The notes under the pieces are model-generated. The model saw nothing but the letters and a program-made list of their open reading frames with translations. It did not search any database and was not told where the DNA came from. A stretch of DNA of 64,000 nt from Eledone cirrhosa (Eukaryota). The position numbers and the translations under genes were made by a program. The stretch lies in the NCBI GenBank assembly GCA_964016885.1, contig OZ024743.1:206088001-206152000 (forward strand). The letters are read 5' to 3'. Below, piece after piece: positions 1 through 12,100 of this stretch (positions are counted from its first letter, which is position 1; each line of letters starts with the position of its first letter).

Positions 1-121
1 TTTTTACAAATTATCTCCCTCTGATTTTTTTTACAAATCTCCCCTTGATTTTTTAAAAAAATTATCTCCCCTTCGCTGGCTGGAAATTATCTCCCCTTGG
101 ACGGCTGGAAATTATCTCCCC

Positions 122-3100
122 TTGGACGGCTGGAAATTATCTCCCCTAGGACGGCTAGAAATTACCTCTCCTTGGACGGCTGAAAATTATCTCCCCTTGG
201 ACGGCTGGAAATTATCTCCCCTTGATTTTTTTACAAATTATCTCCCTCTGATTTTTTTTTACAAATTATCTCCCCCTGATTTTTTTTTACAAATTATCTC
301 CCCCTGATTTTTTTTTACAAATTATCTCCCCCTGATTTTTTTACAAATTATCTCCCCTTGGCTGGCTGGCAATTATCTCCCCTTGGAGGCTGGAATTTAT
401 CTCCCCTTGGACGGCTGGAAATTATCTCCCCTTGGACGGCTAGAAATTACCTCTCCTTGTACGGCTGGAAATTATCTCCCCTTGAACGGCTGGAAATTAT
501 CTCCCCTTGGACGGCTGGAAATTATCTCCCCTTGGACGGCTGGAAATTACCTCTCCTTGGACGGCTGGAAATTATCTCCCCTTGGACGGCTGGAAATTAT
601 CTCCCCTTGGACACTGGAAATTATTTCCCCTTGATTTTTTTTACAAATTATCTCCCCCTGATTTTTTTTACAAATCTCCCCCTAATTTTAAAAAAAATTA
701 ACTCCCCTTCGCTGGCTGGAAATTATCTCCCTTTGGACGGCTTGAAATTATAGCTGCTTGTAGGGCTGGAAATTATCTCCCCTTGGACGGCTGGAAATTA
801 CCTTTCCTTCGACGGCTGAAAATTATCTCCCCTTGGACGGCTGGAAATTATCTCCCCCTGATTTTTTTTTACAAATTATCTCCGCCTGATTTTTTTTTAA
901 AAATTATCTCCCCTTGGCTGGATGGAAATTTTCTCCCCTTGGACGGCTGGAAATTATCTCCCCTTTATGTTTTCTACAAATTATCTACCCCTGATTTTTT
1001 TTTTACGAATTATCTCTCCCTGATTTTTTTTACAAATATCTCCCCTTGGCTGGCTGGAAATTATCTCCCCTTGGCTGGCTGGAAATTATCTCCCCTTGGA
1101 CGGCTGGAAATTATCTCCCCTTGGACGCCTAGAAATCACCTCTACTTGGACAGCTGTAAATTATCTCCCCTTGGACGGCTGGAAATTATCTCGCCTTGGA
1201 CGGCTGGAAATTATCTCCCCTTGATTTTGTATACAAATTATCTCCCCCTGATTTTTTTTTACAAATTAACTGCCCCTGATTATTTTTTTACAAATTAGCT
1301 CCGCCTGATTTTTTTTTAAAATTATCTCCCCTTGGACGGCTGGAAATTATCTCCCCTTGGACGGCTGGAAATTATCTCCCCTTGAACGGCTAGAAATTAC
1401 CTCTCCTTGGACGGCTGAAAATTATCTCCCCTTGGACGGCTGGAAATTATCTCCCCTTGATTTTTTTACAAATTATCTCCCCCTGATTTTTTTTTTACAA
1501 ATTATCTCCGCCTGATTTTTTTTTCAAATTATCTCCCCTTGGACGGCTGGAAATTATCTCCCCTTGGACGGCTGGAAATTATCTCCCCTTGATTTTTTTT
1601 TCCAAATTATCTCCCCCTGATTTTTTTTTTACAAATTATCTACCCCTGATTTTTTTTTCAAATTATCTCCCCCTGATTTTTTTTACAAATTATCTCCCCC
1701 TGATTTTTTCTTACAAATTATCTCCCCCCGATTTTTTTACAAATTATCTCCCCCTGATTTTTTTTACAAATTATCTCCGCCTGATTTTTTTTAATATTAT
1801 CTTCCCTTGGCTGGCGGGAAATTATCTCCCCTTGGACGGCTGGAAATTATCTCCCCTTGGAAGGATGGAAATTATCTCCCCTTGGACGGCTGGAAATTAT
1901 CTCCCCTTGCACTGCTGGAAATTATCTCCCCTTGGACGGCTGGAATATATCTGCCCTTGATTTTGTTTTTACAAATTATCTTCCCCTGATTTTTTTACAA
2001 ATTATCTCCACCTGATTTTTTTTTACAAATTATCTCCCCCTGATTTTTTTTTACAAATTATCTCCCCCTGATTTTTTTACAAATTATCTCCCCTTGGCTG
2101 GCTGGCAATTATCTCCCCTTGGAGGCTGGAATTTATCTCCCCTTGGACGGCTGGAAATTATCTCCCCTTGGACGGCTAGAAATTACCTCTCCTTGTACGG
2201 CTGGAAATTATCTCCCCTTGAACGGCTGGAAATTATCTCCCCTTGGACGGCTGGAAATTATCTCCCCTTGGACGGCTGGAAATTACCTCTCCTTGGACGG
2301 CTGGAAATTATCTCCCCTTGGACGGCTGGAAATTATCTCCCCTTGGACGGCTGGAAATTATTTCCCCTTGATTTTTTTTACAAATTATCTCCCCCTGATT
2401 TTTTTTACAAATTATCTCCGCCTGATTTTTTAAAATATTATCTTCCCTTGGCTGGCGGGAAATTATCTCCCCTTGGACGCCTGGAAATTATCTCCCCTTG
2501 GAAGGATGGAAATTATCTCCCCTTGGACGGCTGGAAATTATCTCCCCTTGCACTGCTGGAAATTATCTCCCCTTGGACGGCTGGAAATTATCTGCCCTTG
2601 ATTTTGTTTTTACAAATTATCTTCCCCTGATTTTTTTTACAAATTATCTCCACCTGATTTTTAAAAAAATTATCTCCCCTTGGCTGGAAATTTTCTCCCC
2701 TTGGACGATTAGAAATTATCTCTCTTTGGACGGCTGGAAATTATCTCCCCTTGATTTTTTTTACAAATTATCTCCCCCTGATTTTTTTTACAAATCTCCC
2801 AGTGATTTTTAAAAAAAAATTATCTCCCCTTCGCTGGCTGGAAATTATCTCCCCTTGGACGCTGGAAATTATAGCCCCTTGGAAGGCTGGAAGTTATCTT
2901 CCCTTGGAGGGCTGGAAATTATCTTCCCTTGGAGGGCTGGAAATTATCTCCCCTTGATTTTTTTTACAAATTATCTCCCCCTGATTTTTTTTTACAAATT
3001 ATCTCCCCCTGATTTTTTTTTACAAATTATCTCCTGATTTTTTTTACAAATTATCTCCCCTTGGCTGGCTGGAAATTATCTCCCCTTGGAGGCTGGAATT

Positions 3101-6100
3101 TATCTCCCCTTGGACGGCTAGAAATTACCTCTCCTTGGACGGCTGAAAATTATCTCCCCTTGATTTTTTTTACGAATTATCTCCCCCTGATTTTTTTTTT
3201 TACAAATTATCTCCCCCTGATTTATTTTACAAATTATCTCCGTCTGATTTTTTTAAATATTATCTTCCCTTGGCTGGCGGGAAATTATCTCCCCTTGGAC
3301 GGCTGGAAACTATCTCCCCTTGGACAGCTGGAAATTATCTGCCCTTGATTTTGTTTTTACAAATTATCTCCCCCTGATTTTTTTTACAAATTATCTCCAC
3401 CTGATTTTTTAAAAAATTATCTCCTCTTGGACGGCTGGAAATTATCTCCCCTTGGCTGGAAATTATCTCCCCTTGGACGGCTAGAAATTATCTCTCTTTG
3501 GACGGCTGGAAATTATCTCCCTTTGATTTTTTTCACAAATTATCTCCCCCTGATTTTTTTTTACAAATTATCTCCGCCTGATTTTTTTTAAAAAATTATC
3601 TCCCCTTGGCTGGATGGAAATTTTCTCCCCTTGGACGGCTGGAAATTATCTCCCCTTTATGTCTTCTACAAATTATCTGGCCCTGATTTTTTTTACAAAT
3701 TATCTCTCCCTGATTTTTTTTACAAATCTCCCCTTGATTTTTTTAAAAAATTATCTCCCCTTCGCTGGCTGGAAATTATCTCCCCTTGGACACTGGAAAT
3801 TATAGACCCTTGGAGGGCTGGAAATTATCTTCCCTTGGACGGCTGGAAATTATCTCCTCTTGATTTTTTTTACAAATTATCTCCCCCTGATTTTTTTTTT
3901 CAAATTATCTCCGCCTGATTTTTTTTTAAAAATTATCTCCCCTTGGCTGGATGGAAATTTTCTCCCCTTGGCCGGCTGGAAATTATTTCCCCTTGGCTGG
4001 AAATTATCTCCCCTTGGACGGCTAGAAATTATCTCTCTTTGGACGGCTGGAAATTATCTCCCCTTGATTCTTTTTACAAATTATCTCCCCCTGATTTTTT
4101 TTACAAATCTCCCAGTGATTTTTAAAAAAAAATTATCTCCCCTTCGCTGGCTGGAAATTATCTCCCCTTGGACGCTGGAAATTATAGCCCCTTGGAGGCT
4201 GGAAATTATCTTCCCTTGGACGGCTGGAAATTATCTCCACTTGATTTTTTTTACAAATTATCTCCCCCTGATTTTTTTTTACAAATTATCTCCCCCTGAT
4301 TTTTTTTTTACAAATTATCTCCGCCTGATTTTTTTAAAAAAATGATCACCCCTTGGACGGCTGGAAATTATCTCCCCTTGGACGGCTGGAAATGATCTCC
4401 CCTTGGACGGCTAGAAATTACCTCTCCTTGGACGGCTGAAAATTATCTCCCCTTGATTTTTTTTACGAATTATCTCCCCCTGATTTTTTTTTTTACAAAT
4501 TATCTCCCCCTGATTTTATTTTACATATTATCTACCCCTGATTTTTTTTACAAATTATCTCCCCCTGATTTTTTTTTTACAAATTATCTGCCCCTGATTT
4601 TTTTACAAATTATCTCCCACTGATTTATTTTACAAATTATCTCCGCCTGATTTTTTTAAATATTATCTTCCCTTGGCTGGCGGGAAATTATCTCCCCTTG
4701 GACGGCTGGAAACTATCTCCCCTTGGACAGCTGGAAATTATCTGCCCTTGATTTTGTTTTTACAAATTATCTCCCCCTGATTTTTTTTACAAATTATCTC
4801 CACCTGATTTTTTAAAAAATTATCTCCCCTTGGACGGCTGGAAATTATCTCCCCTTGGCTGGAAATTATCTCCCCTTGGACGGCTAGAAATTATCTCTCT
4901 TTGGACGGCTGGAAATTATCTCCCTTTGATTTTTTTTACAAATTATCTCCCTCTGATTTTTTTTACAAATCTCCCCTTGATTTTTTTAAAAAATTATCTC
5001 CCCTTTGCTGGCTGGAAATTATCTCCCCTTGGACACTGGAAATTATAGACCCTTGGAGGGCTGGAAATTATCTTCCCTTGGACGGCTGGAAATTATCTCC
5101 TCTTGATTTTTTTTACAAATTATCTCCCCCTGATTTTTTTTTACAAATTATCTCCGCCTGATTTTTTTTTAAAAATTATCTCCCCTTGGCTGGATGGAAA
5201 TTTTCTCCCCTTGGACGGCTGGAAATTATCTCCCCTTTATGTCTTCTACAAATTATCTGGCCCTGATTTTTTTTTACAAATTATCTCTCCCTGATTTTTT
5301 TTACAAATATCTCCCCTTGGCTGGCTGGAAATTATCTCCCCTTCGCTGGCTGGAAATTATCTCCCATTGGACGGCTGGAAATTATCTCCCCTTGGACGCC
5401 TAGAAATTACCTCTCCTTGGACAGCTGTAAATTATCTCCCCTTGGACGGCTGGAAATTATCTCGCCTTGGACGGCTGGAAATTATCTCCCCTTGATTTTG
5501 TATACAAATTATCTCCCCCTGATTTTTTTTTACAAATTATCTGCCCCTGATTATTTTTTTACAAATTAGCTCCGCCTGATTTTTTTTTAAAATGATCTCC
5601 CCTTGGACGGCTGGAAATTATCTCCCCTTGAACGGCTAGAAATTACCTCTCCTTGGACGGCTTAAAATTATCTCCCCTTGGACGGCTGGAAATTATCTCC
5701 CCTTGGACACTGGAAATTATAGACCCTTGGAGGGCTGGAAATTATCTTCCCTTGGACGGCTGGAAATTATCTCCTCTTGATTTTTTTTACAAATTATCTC
5801 CCCCTGATTTTTTTTTTCAAATTATCTCCGCCTGATTTTTTTTTAAAAATTATCTCCCCTTGGCTGGATGGAAATTTTCTCCCCTTGGCCGGCTGGAAAT
5901 TATTTCCCCTTGGCTGGAAATTATCTCCCCTTGGACGGCTAGAAATTATCTCTCTTTGGACGGCTGGAAATTATCTCCCCTTGATTCTTTTTACAAATTA
6001 TCTCCCCCTGATTTTTTTTACAAATCTCCCAGTGATTTTTAAAAAAAAATTATCTCCCCTTCGCTGGCTGGAAATTATCTCCCCTTGGACGCTGGAAATT

Positions 6101-9100
6101 ATAGCCCCTTGGAGGCTGGAAATTATCTTCCCTTGGACGGCTGGAAATTATCTCCACTTGATTTTTTTTACAAATTATCTCCCCCTGATTTTTTTTTACA
6201 AATTATCTCCCCCTGATTTTTTTTTTACAAATTATCTCCGCCTGATTTTTTTAAAAAAATGATCACCCCTTGGACGGCTGGAAATTATCTCCCCTTGGAC
6301 GGCTGGAAATGATCTCCCCTTGGACGGCTAGAAATTACCTCTCCTTGGACGGCTGAAAATTATCTCCCCTTGATTTTTTTTACGAATTATCTCCCCCTGA
6401 TTTTTTTTTTTACAAATTATCTCCCCCTGATTTTATTTTACATATTATCTACCCCTGATTTTTTTTACAAATTATCTCCCCCTGATTTTTTTTTTACAAA
6501 TTATCTGCCCCTGATTTTTTTACAAATTATCTCCCACTGATTTATTTTACAAATTATCTCCGCCTGATTTTTTTAAATATTATCTTCCCTTGGCTGGCGG
6601 GAAATTATCTCCCCTTGGACGGCTGGAAACTATCTCCCCTTGGACAGCTGGAAATTATCTGCCCTTGATTTTGTTTTTACAAATTATCTCCCCCTGATTT
6701 TTTTTACAAATTATCTCCACCTGATTTTTTAAAAAATTATCTCCCCTTGGACGGCTGGAAATTATCTCCCCTTGGCTGGAAATTATCTCCCCTTGGACGG
6801 CTAGAAATTATCTCTCTTTGGACGGCTGGAAATTATCTCCCTTTGATTTTTTTTACAAATTATCTCCCTCTGATTTTTTTTACAAATCTCCCCTTGATTT
6901 TTTTAAAAAATTATCTCCCCTTTGCTGGCTGGAAATTATCTCCCCTTGGACACTGGAAATTATAGACCCTTGGAGGGCTGGAAATTATCTTCCCTTGGAC
7001 GGCTGGAAATTATCTCCTCTTGATTTTTTTTACAAATTATCTCCCCCTGATTTTTTTTTACAAATTATCTCCGCCTGATTTTTTTTTAAAAATTATCTCC
7101 CCTTGGCTGGATGGAAATTTTCTCCCCTTGGACGGCTGGAAATTATCTCCCCTTTATGTCTTCTACAAATTATCTGGCCCTGATTTTTTTTTACAAATTA
7201 TCTCTCCCTGATTTTTTTTACAAATATCTCCCCTTGGCTGGCTGGAAATTATCTCCCCTTCGCTGGCTGGAAATTATCTCCCATTGGACGGCTGGAAATT
7301 ATCTCCCCTTGGACGCCTAGAAATTACCTCTCCTTGGACAGCTGTAAATTATCTCCCCTTGGACGGCTGGAAATTATCTCGCCTTGGACGGCTGGAAATT
7401 ATCTCCCCTTGATTTTGTATACAAATTATCTCCCCCTGATTTTTTTTTACAAATTATCTGCCCCTGATTATTTTTTTACAAATTAGCTCCGCCTGATTTT
7501 TTTTTAAAATGATCTCCCCTTGGACGGCTGGAAATTATCTCCCCTTGAACGGCTAGAAATTACCTCTCCTTGGACGGCTTAAAATTATCTCCCCTTGGAC
7601 GGCTGGAAATTATCTCCCCTTGATTTTTTTACAAATTATCTCCCCCTGATTTTTTTTTACAAATTATCTCCCCCTGATTTTTTTTTACAAATTATCTACC
7701 CCTGATTTTTTTTTCCAAATTATCTCCCCCTGATTTTTTTTTACAAATTATCTCCCCCTGATTTTTTTTTACAAATTATCTCCCCCTGATTTTTTTACAA
7801 ATTATCTCCCCTTGGCTGGCTGGAAATTATCTCCCCTTGGAGACTGGAATTTATCTCCCCTTGGACGGCTGGAAATTATCTCCCCTTGGACGGCTAGAAA
7901 TTACCTCTCCTTGGACGGCTGGAAATTATCTCCCCTTGAACGGCTGGAAATTATCTCCCCTTGGACGGCTGGAAATTATCTCCCCTTGGACGGCTGGAAA
8001 TTACCTCTCCTTGGACGGCTGGAAATTATCTCCCCTTGGACGGCTGGAAATTATCTCCCCTTGGACGGCTGGAAATTATTTCCCCTTGATTTTTTTTACA
8101 AATTATCTCCCCCTGATTTATTTTACAAATTATCTCCGCCTGATTTTTTTAAATATTATCTTCCCTTGGCTGGCGGGAAATTATCTCCCCTTGGACGGCT
8201 GGAAACTATCTCCCCTTGGACAGCTGGAAATTATCTGCCCTTGATTTTGTTTTTACAAATTATCTCCCCCTGATTTTTTTTACAAATTATCTCCACCTGA
8301 TTTTTTAAAAAATTATCTCCTCTTGGACGGCTGGAAATTATCTCCCGTTGGCTGCAAATTATCTCCCCTTGGACGGCTAGAAATTACCTCTCTTTGGACG
8401 GCTGGAAATTATCTCCCCTTGATTTTTTTTACAAATTATCTCCCCCTGATTTTTTTTACAAATCTCCCAGTGATTTTTAAAAAATAATTATCTCCCCTTC
8501 GCTGGCTGGAAATTATCTCCCCTTGGACGCTGGAAATTATAGCCCCTTGGAGGGCTGGAAATTATCTTCCCTTGGACGGCTGGAAATTATCTCCCCTTGA
8601 TTTTTTTTACATATTATCTCCCCCTGATTTTTTTTTACAAATTATCTCCCCGATTTTTTTCTACAAATTATCTCCCCCTGATTTTTTTTTTACAAATTAT
8701 CTCCGCCTGATTTTTTAAAAAAAATTATCTCCCCTTGGACGGCTGGAAATTATCTCCCCTTGGACGGCTGGAAATTATCTCCCCTAGGACGGCTAGAAAT
8801 TACCTCTCCTTGGACGGCTGAAAATTATCTCCCCTTGGACGGCTGGAAATTATCTCCCCTTGATTTTTTTACAAATTATCTCCCTCTGATTTTTTTTTAC
8901 AAATTATCTCCCCCTGATTTTTTTTTACAAATTATCTCCCCCTGATTTTTTTTTACAAATTATCTCCCCCTGATTTTTTTACAAATTATCTCCCCTTGGC
9001 TGGCTGGCAATTATCTCCCCTTGGAGGCTGGAATTTATCTCCCCTTGGACGGCTGGAAATTATCTCCCCTTGGACGGCTAGAAATTACCTCTCCTTGTAC

Positions 9101-12100
9101 GGCTGGAAATTATCTCCCCTTGAACGGCTGGAAATTATCTCCCCTTGGACGGCTGGAAATTATCTCCCCTTGGACGGCTGGAAATTACCTCTCCTTGGAC
9201 GGCTGGAAATTATCTCCCCTTGGACGGCTGGAAATTATCTCCCCTTGGACGGCTGGAAATTACTTCCCCTTGATTTTTTTTACAAATTATCTCCCCCTGA
9301 TTTTTTTTACAAATCTCCCCCTAATTTAAAAAAAAATTATCTCCCCTTCGCTGGCTGGAAATTATCTCCCTTTGGACGGCTTGAAATTATAGCTGCTTGT
9401 AGGGCTGGAAATTATCTCCCCTTGGACGGCTGGAAATTACCTTTCCTTCGACGGCTGAAAATTATCTCCCCTTGGACGGCTGGAAATTATCTCCCCCTGA
9501 TTTTTTTTTACAAATTATCTCCGCCTGATTTTTTTTAAAAAATTATCTCCCCTTGGCTGGATGGAAATTTTCTCCCCTTGGACGGCTGGAAATTATCTCC
9601 CCTTTATGTTTTCTACAAATTATCTACCCCTGATTTTTTTTTTACGAATTATCTCTCCCTGATTTTTTTTACAAATATCTCCCCTTGGCTGGCTGGAAAT
9701 TATCTCCCCTTGGCTGGCTGGAAATTATCTCCCCTTGGACGGCTGGAAATTATCTCCCCTTGGACGCCTAGAAATCACCTCTACTTGGACAGCTGTAAAT
9801 TATCTCCCCTTGGACGGCTGGAAATTATCTCGCCTTGGACGGCTGGAAATTATCTCCCCTTGATTTTGTATACAAATTATCTCCCCCTGATTTTTTTTTA
9901 CAAATTATCTGCCCCTGATTATTATTTTACAAATTAGCTCCGCCTGATTTTTTTTTAAAATTATCTCCCCTTGGACGGCTGGAAATTATCTCCCCTTGGA
10001 CGGCTGGAAATTATCTCCCCTTGAACGGCTAGAAATTACCTCTCCTTGGACGGCTGAAAATTATCTCCCCTTGGACGGCTGGAAATTATCTCCCCTTGAT
10101 TTTTTTTTCCAAATTATCTCCCCCTGATTTTTTTTTTACAAATTATCTACCCCTGATTTTTTTTTCAAATTATCTCCCCCTGATTTTTTTTACAAATTAT
10201 CTCCCCCTGATTTTTTTTTACAAATTATCTCCCCCCGATTTTTTTACAAATTATCTCCCCCTGATTTTTTTTACAAATTATCTCCGCCTGATTTTTTTTA
10301 ATATTATCTTCCCTTGGCTGGCGGGAAATTATCTCCCCTTGGACGGCTGGAAATTATCTCCCCTTGGAAGGATGGAAATTATCTCCCCTTGGACGGCTGG
10401 AAATTACCTCCCCTTGCACTGTTGGAAATTATCTCCCCTTGGACGGCTGGAATATATCTGCCCTTGATTTTGTTTTTACAAATTATCTTCCCCTGATTTT
10501 TTTACAAATTATCTCCACCTGATTTTTTAAAAAATTATCTCCCCTTGGACGGCTGGAAATTATCTCCCCTTGGCTGGAAATTATCTCCCCTTGGACGGCT
10601 AGAAATTATCTCTCTTTGGACGGCTGGAAATTATCTCCCCTTGGACGCTGGAAATTATAGCCCCTTGGAGGGCTGGAAGTTATCTTCCCTTGGAGGGCTG
10701 GAAATTATCTTCCCTTGGACGGCTAGAAATTACCTCTCCTTGGACGGCTGAAAATTATCTCCCCTTGGACGGCTGGAAATTATCTCCCCTTGATTTTTTT
10801 TACAAATTATCTCCCCCTGATTATTTTTTACAAATTATCTCCCCCTGATTTTTTTTTTACAAATTATCTCCCCTTGGACGGCTGGAAATTATCTCCCCTT
10901 GGACGGCTGGAAATTATCTCCCCTTGGACGGCTAGAAATTACCTCTCCTTGGACGGCTGAAAATTATCTCTCCTTGGACGGCTGGAAATTATCTCCCCTT
11001 TATGTCTTCTACAAATTATCTACCCCTGATTTTTTTTTACAAATTATCTCTCCCTGATTTTTTTTACAAATATCTCCCCTTGATTGGCTGGAAATTATCT
11101 CCCCTTGGCTGGCTGGAAATTATCTCCCCTTGGACGGCTGGAAATTATCTCCCCTTGGACGCCTAGAAATTACCTCTCCTTGGACAGCTGTAAATTATCT
11201 CCCCTTGGACGGCTGGAAATTATCTCGCCTTGGACGGCTGGAAATTATATCCCCTTGATTTTGTATACAAATTATCTCCCCCTGATTTTTTTTTACAAAT
11301 TATCTCCCCCTGATTTTTTTTTACAAATTATCTCCCCCTGATTTTTTTACAAATTATCTCCCCTTGGCTGGCTGGCAATTATCTCCCCTTGGAGGCTGGA
11401 ATTTATCTCCCCTTGGACGGCTGGAAATTATCTCCCCTTGGACGGCTAGAAATTACCTCTCCTTGTACGGCTGGAAATTATCTCCCCTTGAACGGCTGGA
11501 AATTATCTCCCCTTGGACGGCTGGAAATTATCTCCCCTTGGACGGCTGGAAATTACCTCTCCTTGGACGGCTGGAAATTATCTCCCCTTGGACGGCTGGA
11601 AATTATCTCCCCTTGGACGGCTGGAAATTATTTCCCCTTGATTTTTTTTACAAATTATCTCCCCCTGATTTTTTTTACAAATTATCTCCGCCTGATTTTT
11701 TAAAATATTATCTTCCCTTGGCTGGCGGGAAATTATCTCCCCTTGGACGCCTGGAAATTATCTCCCCTTGGAAGGATGGAAATTATCTCCCCTTGGACGG
11801 CTGGAAATTATCTCCCCTTGCACTGCTGGAAATTATCTCCCCTTGGACGGCTGGAAATTATCTGCCCTTGATTTTGTTTTTACAAATTATCTTCCCCTGA
11901 TTTTTTTTACAAATTATCTCCACCTGATTTTTAAAAAAATTATCTCCCCTTGGCTGGAAATTTTCTCCCCTTGGACGATTAGAAATTATCTCTCTTTGGA
12001 CGGCTGGAAATTATCTCCCCTTGATTTTTTTTACAAATTATCTCCCCCTGATTTTTTTTACAAATCTCCCAGTGATTTTTAAAAAAAAATTATCTCCCCT

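Noticed and set aside
221-350. Poly-T tracts as intrinsic or Pol III terminators
   Set aside because: There is no GC-rich hairpin upstream and no recognisable RNA gene or promoter; the tracts are simply the type B linker.
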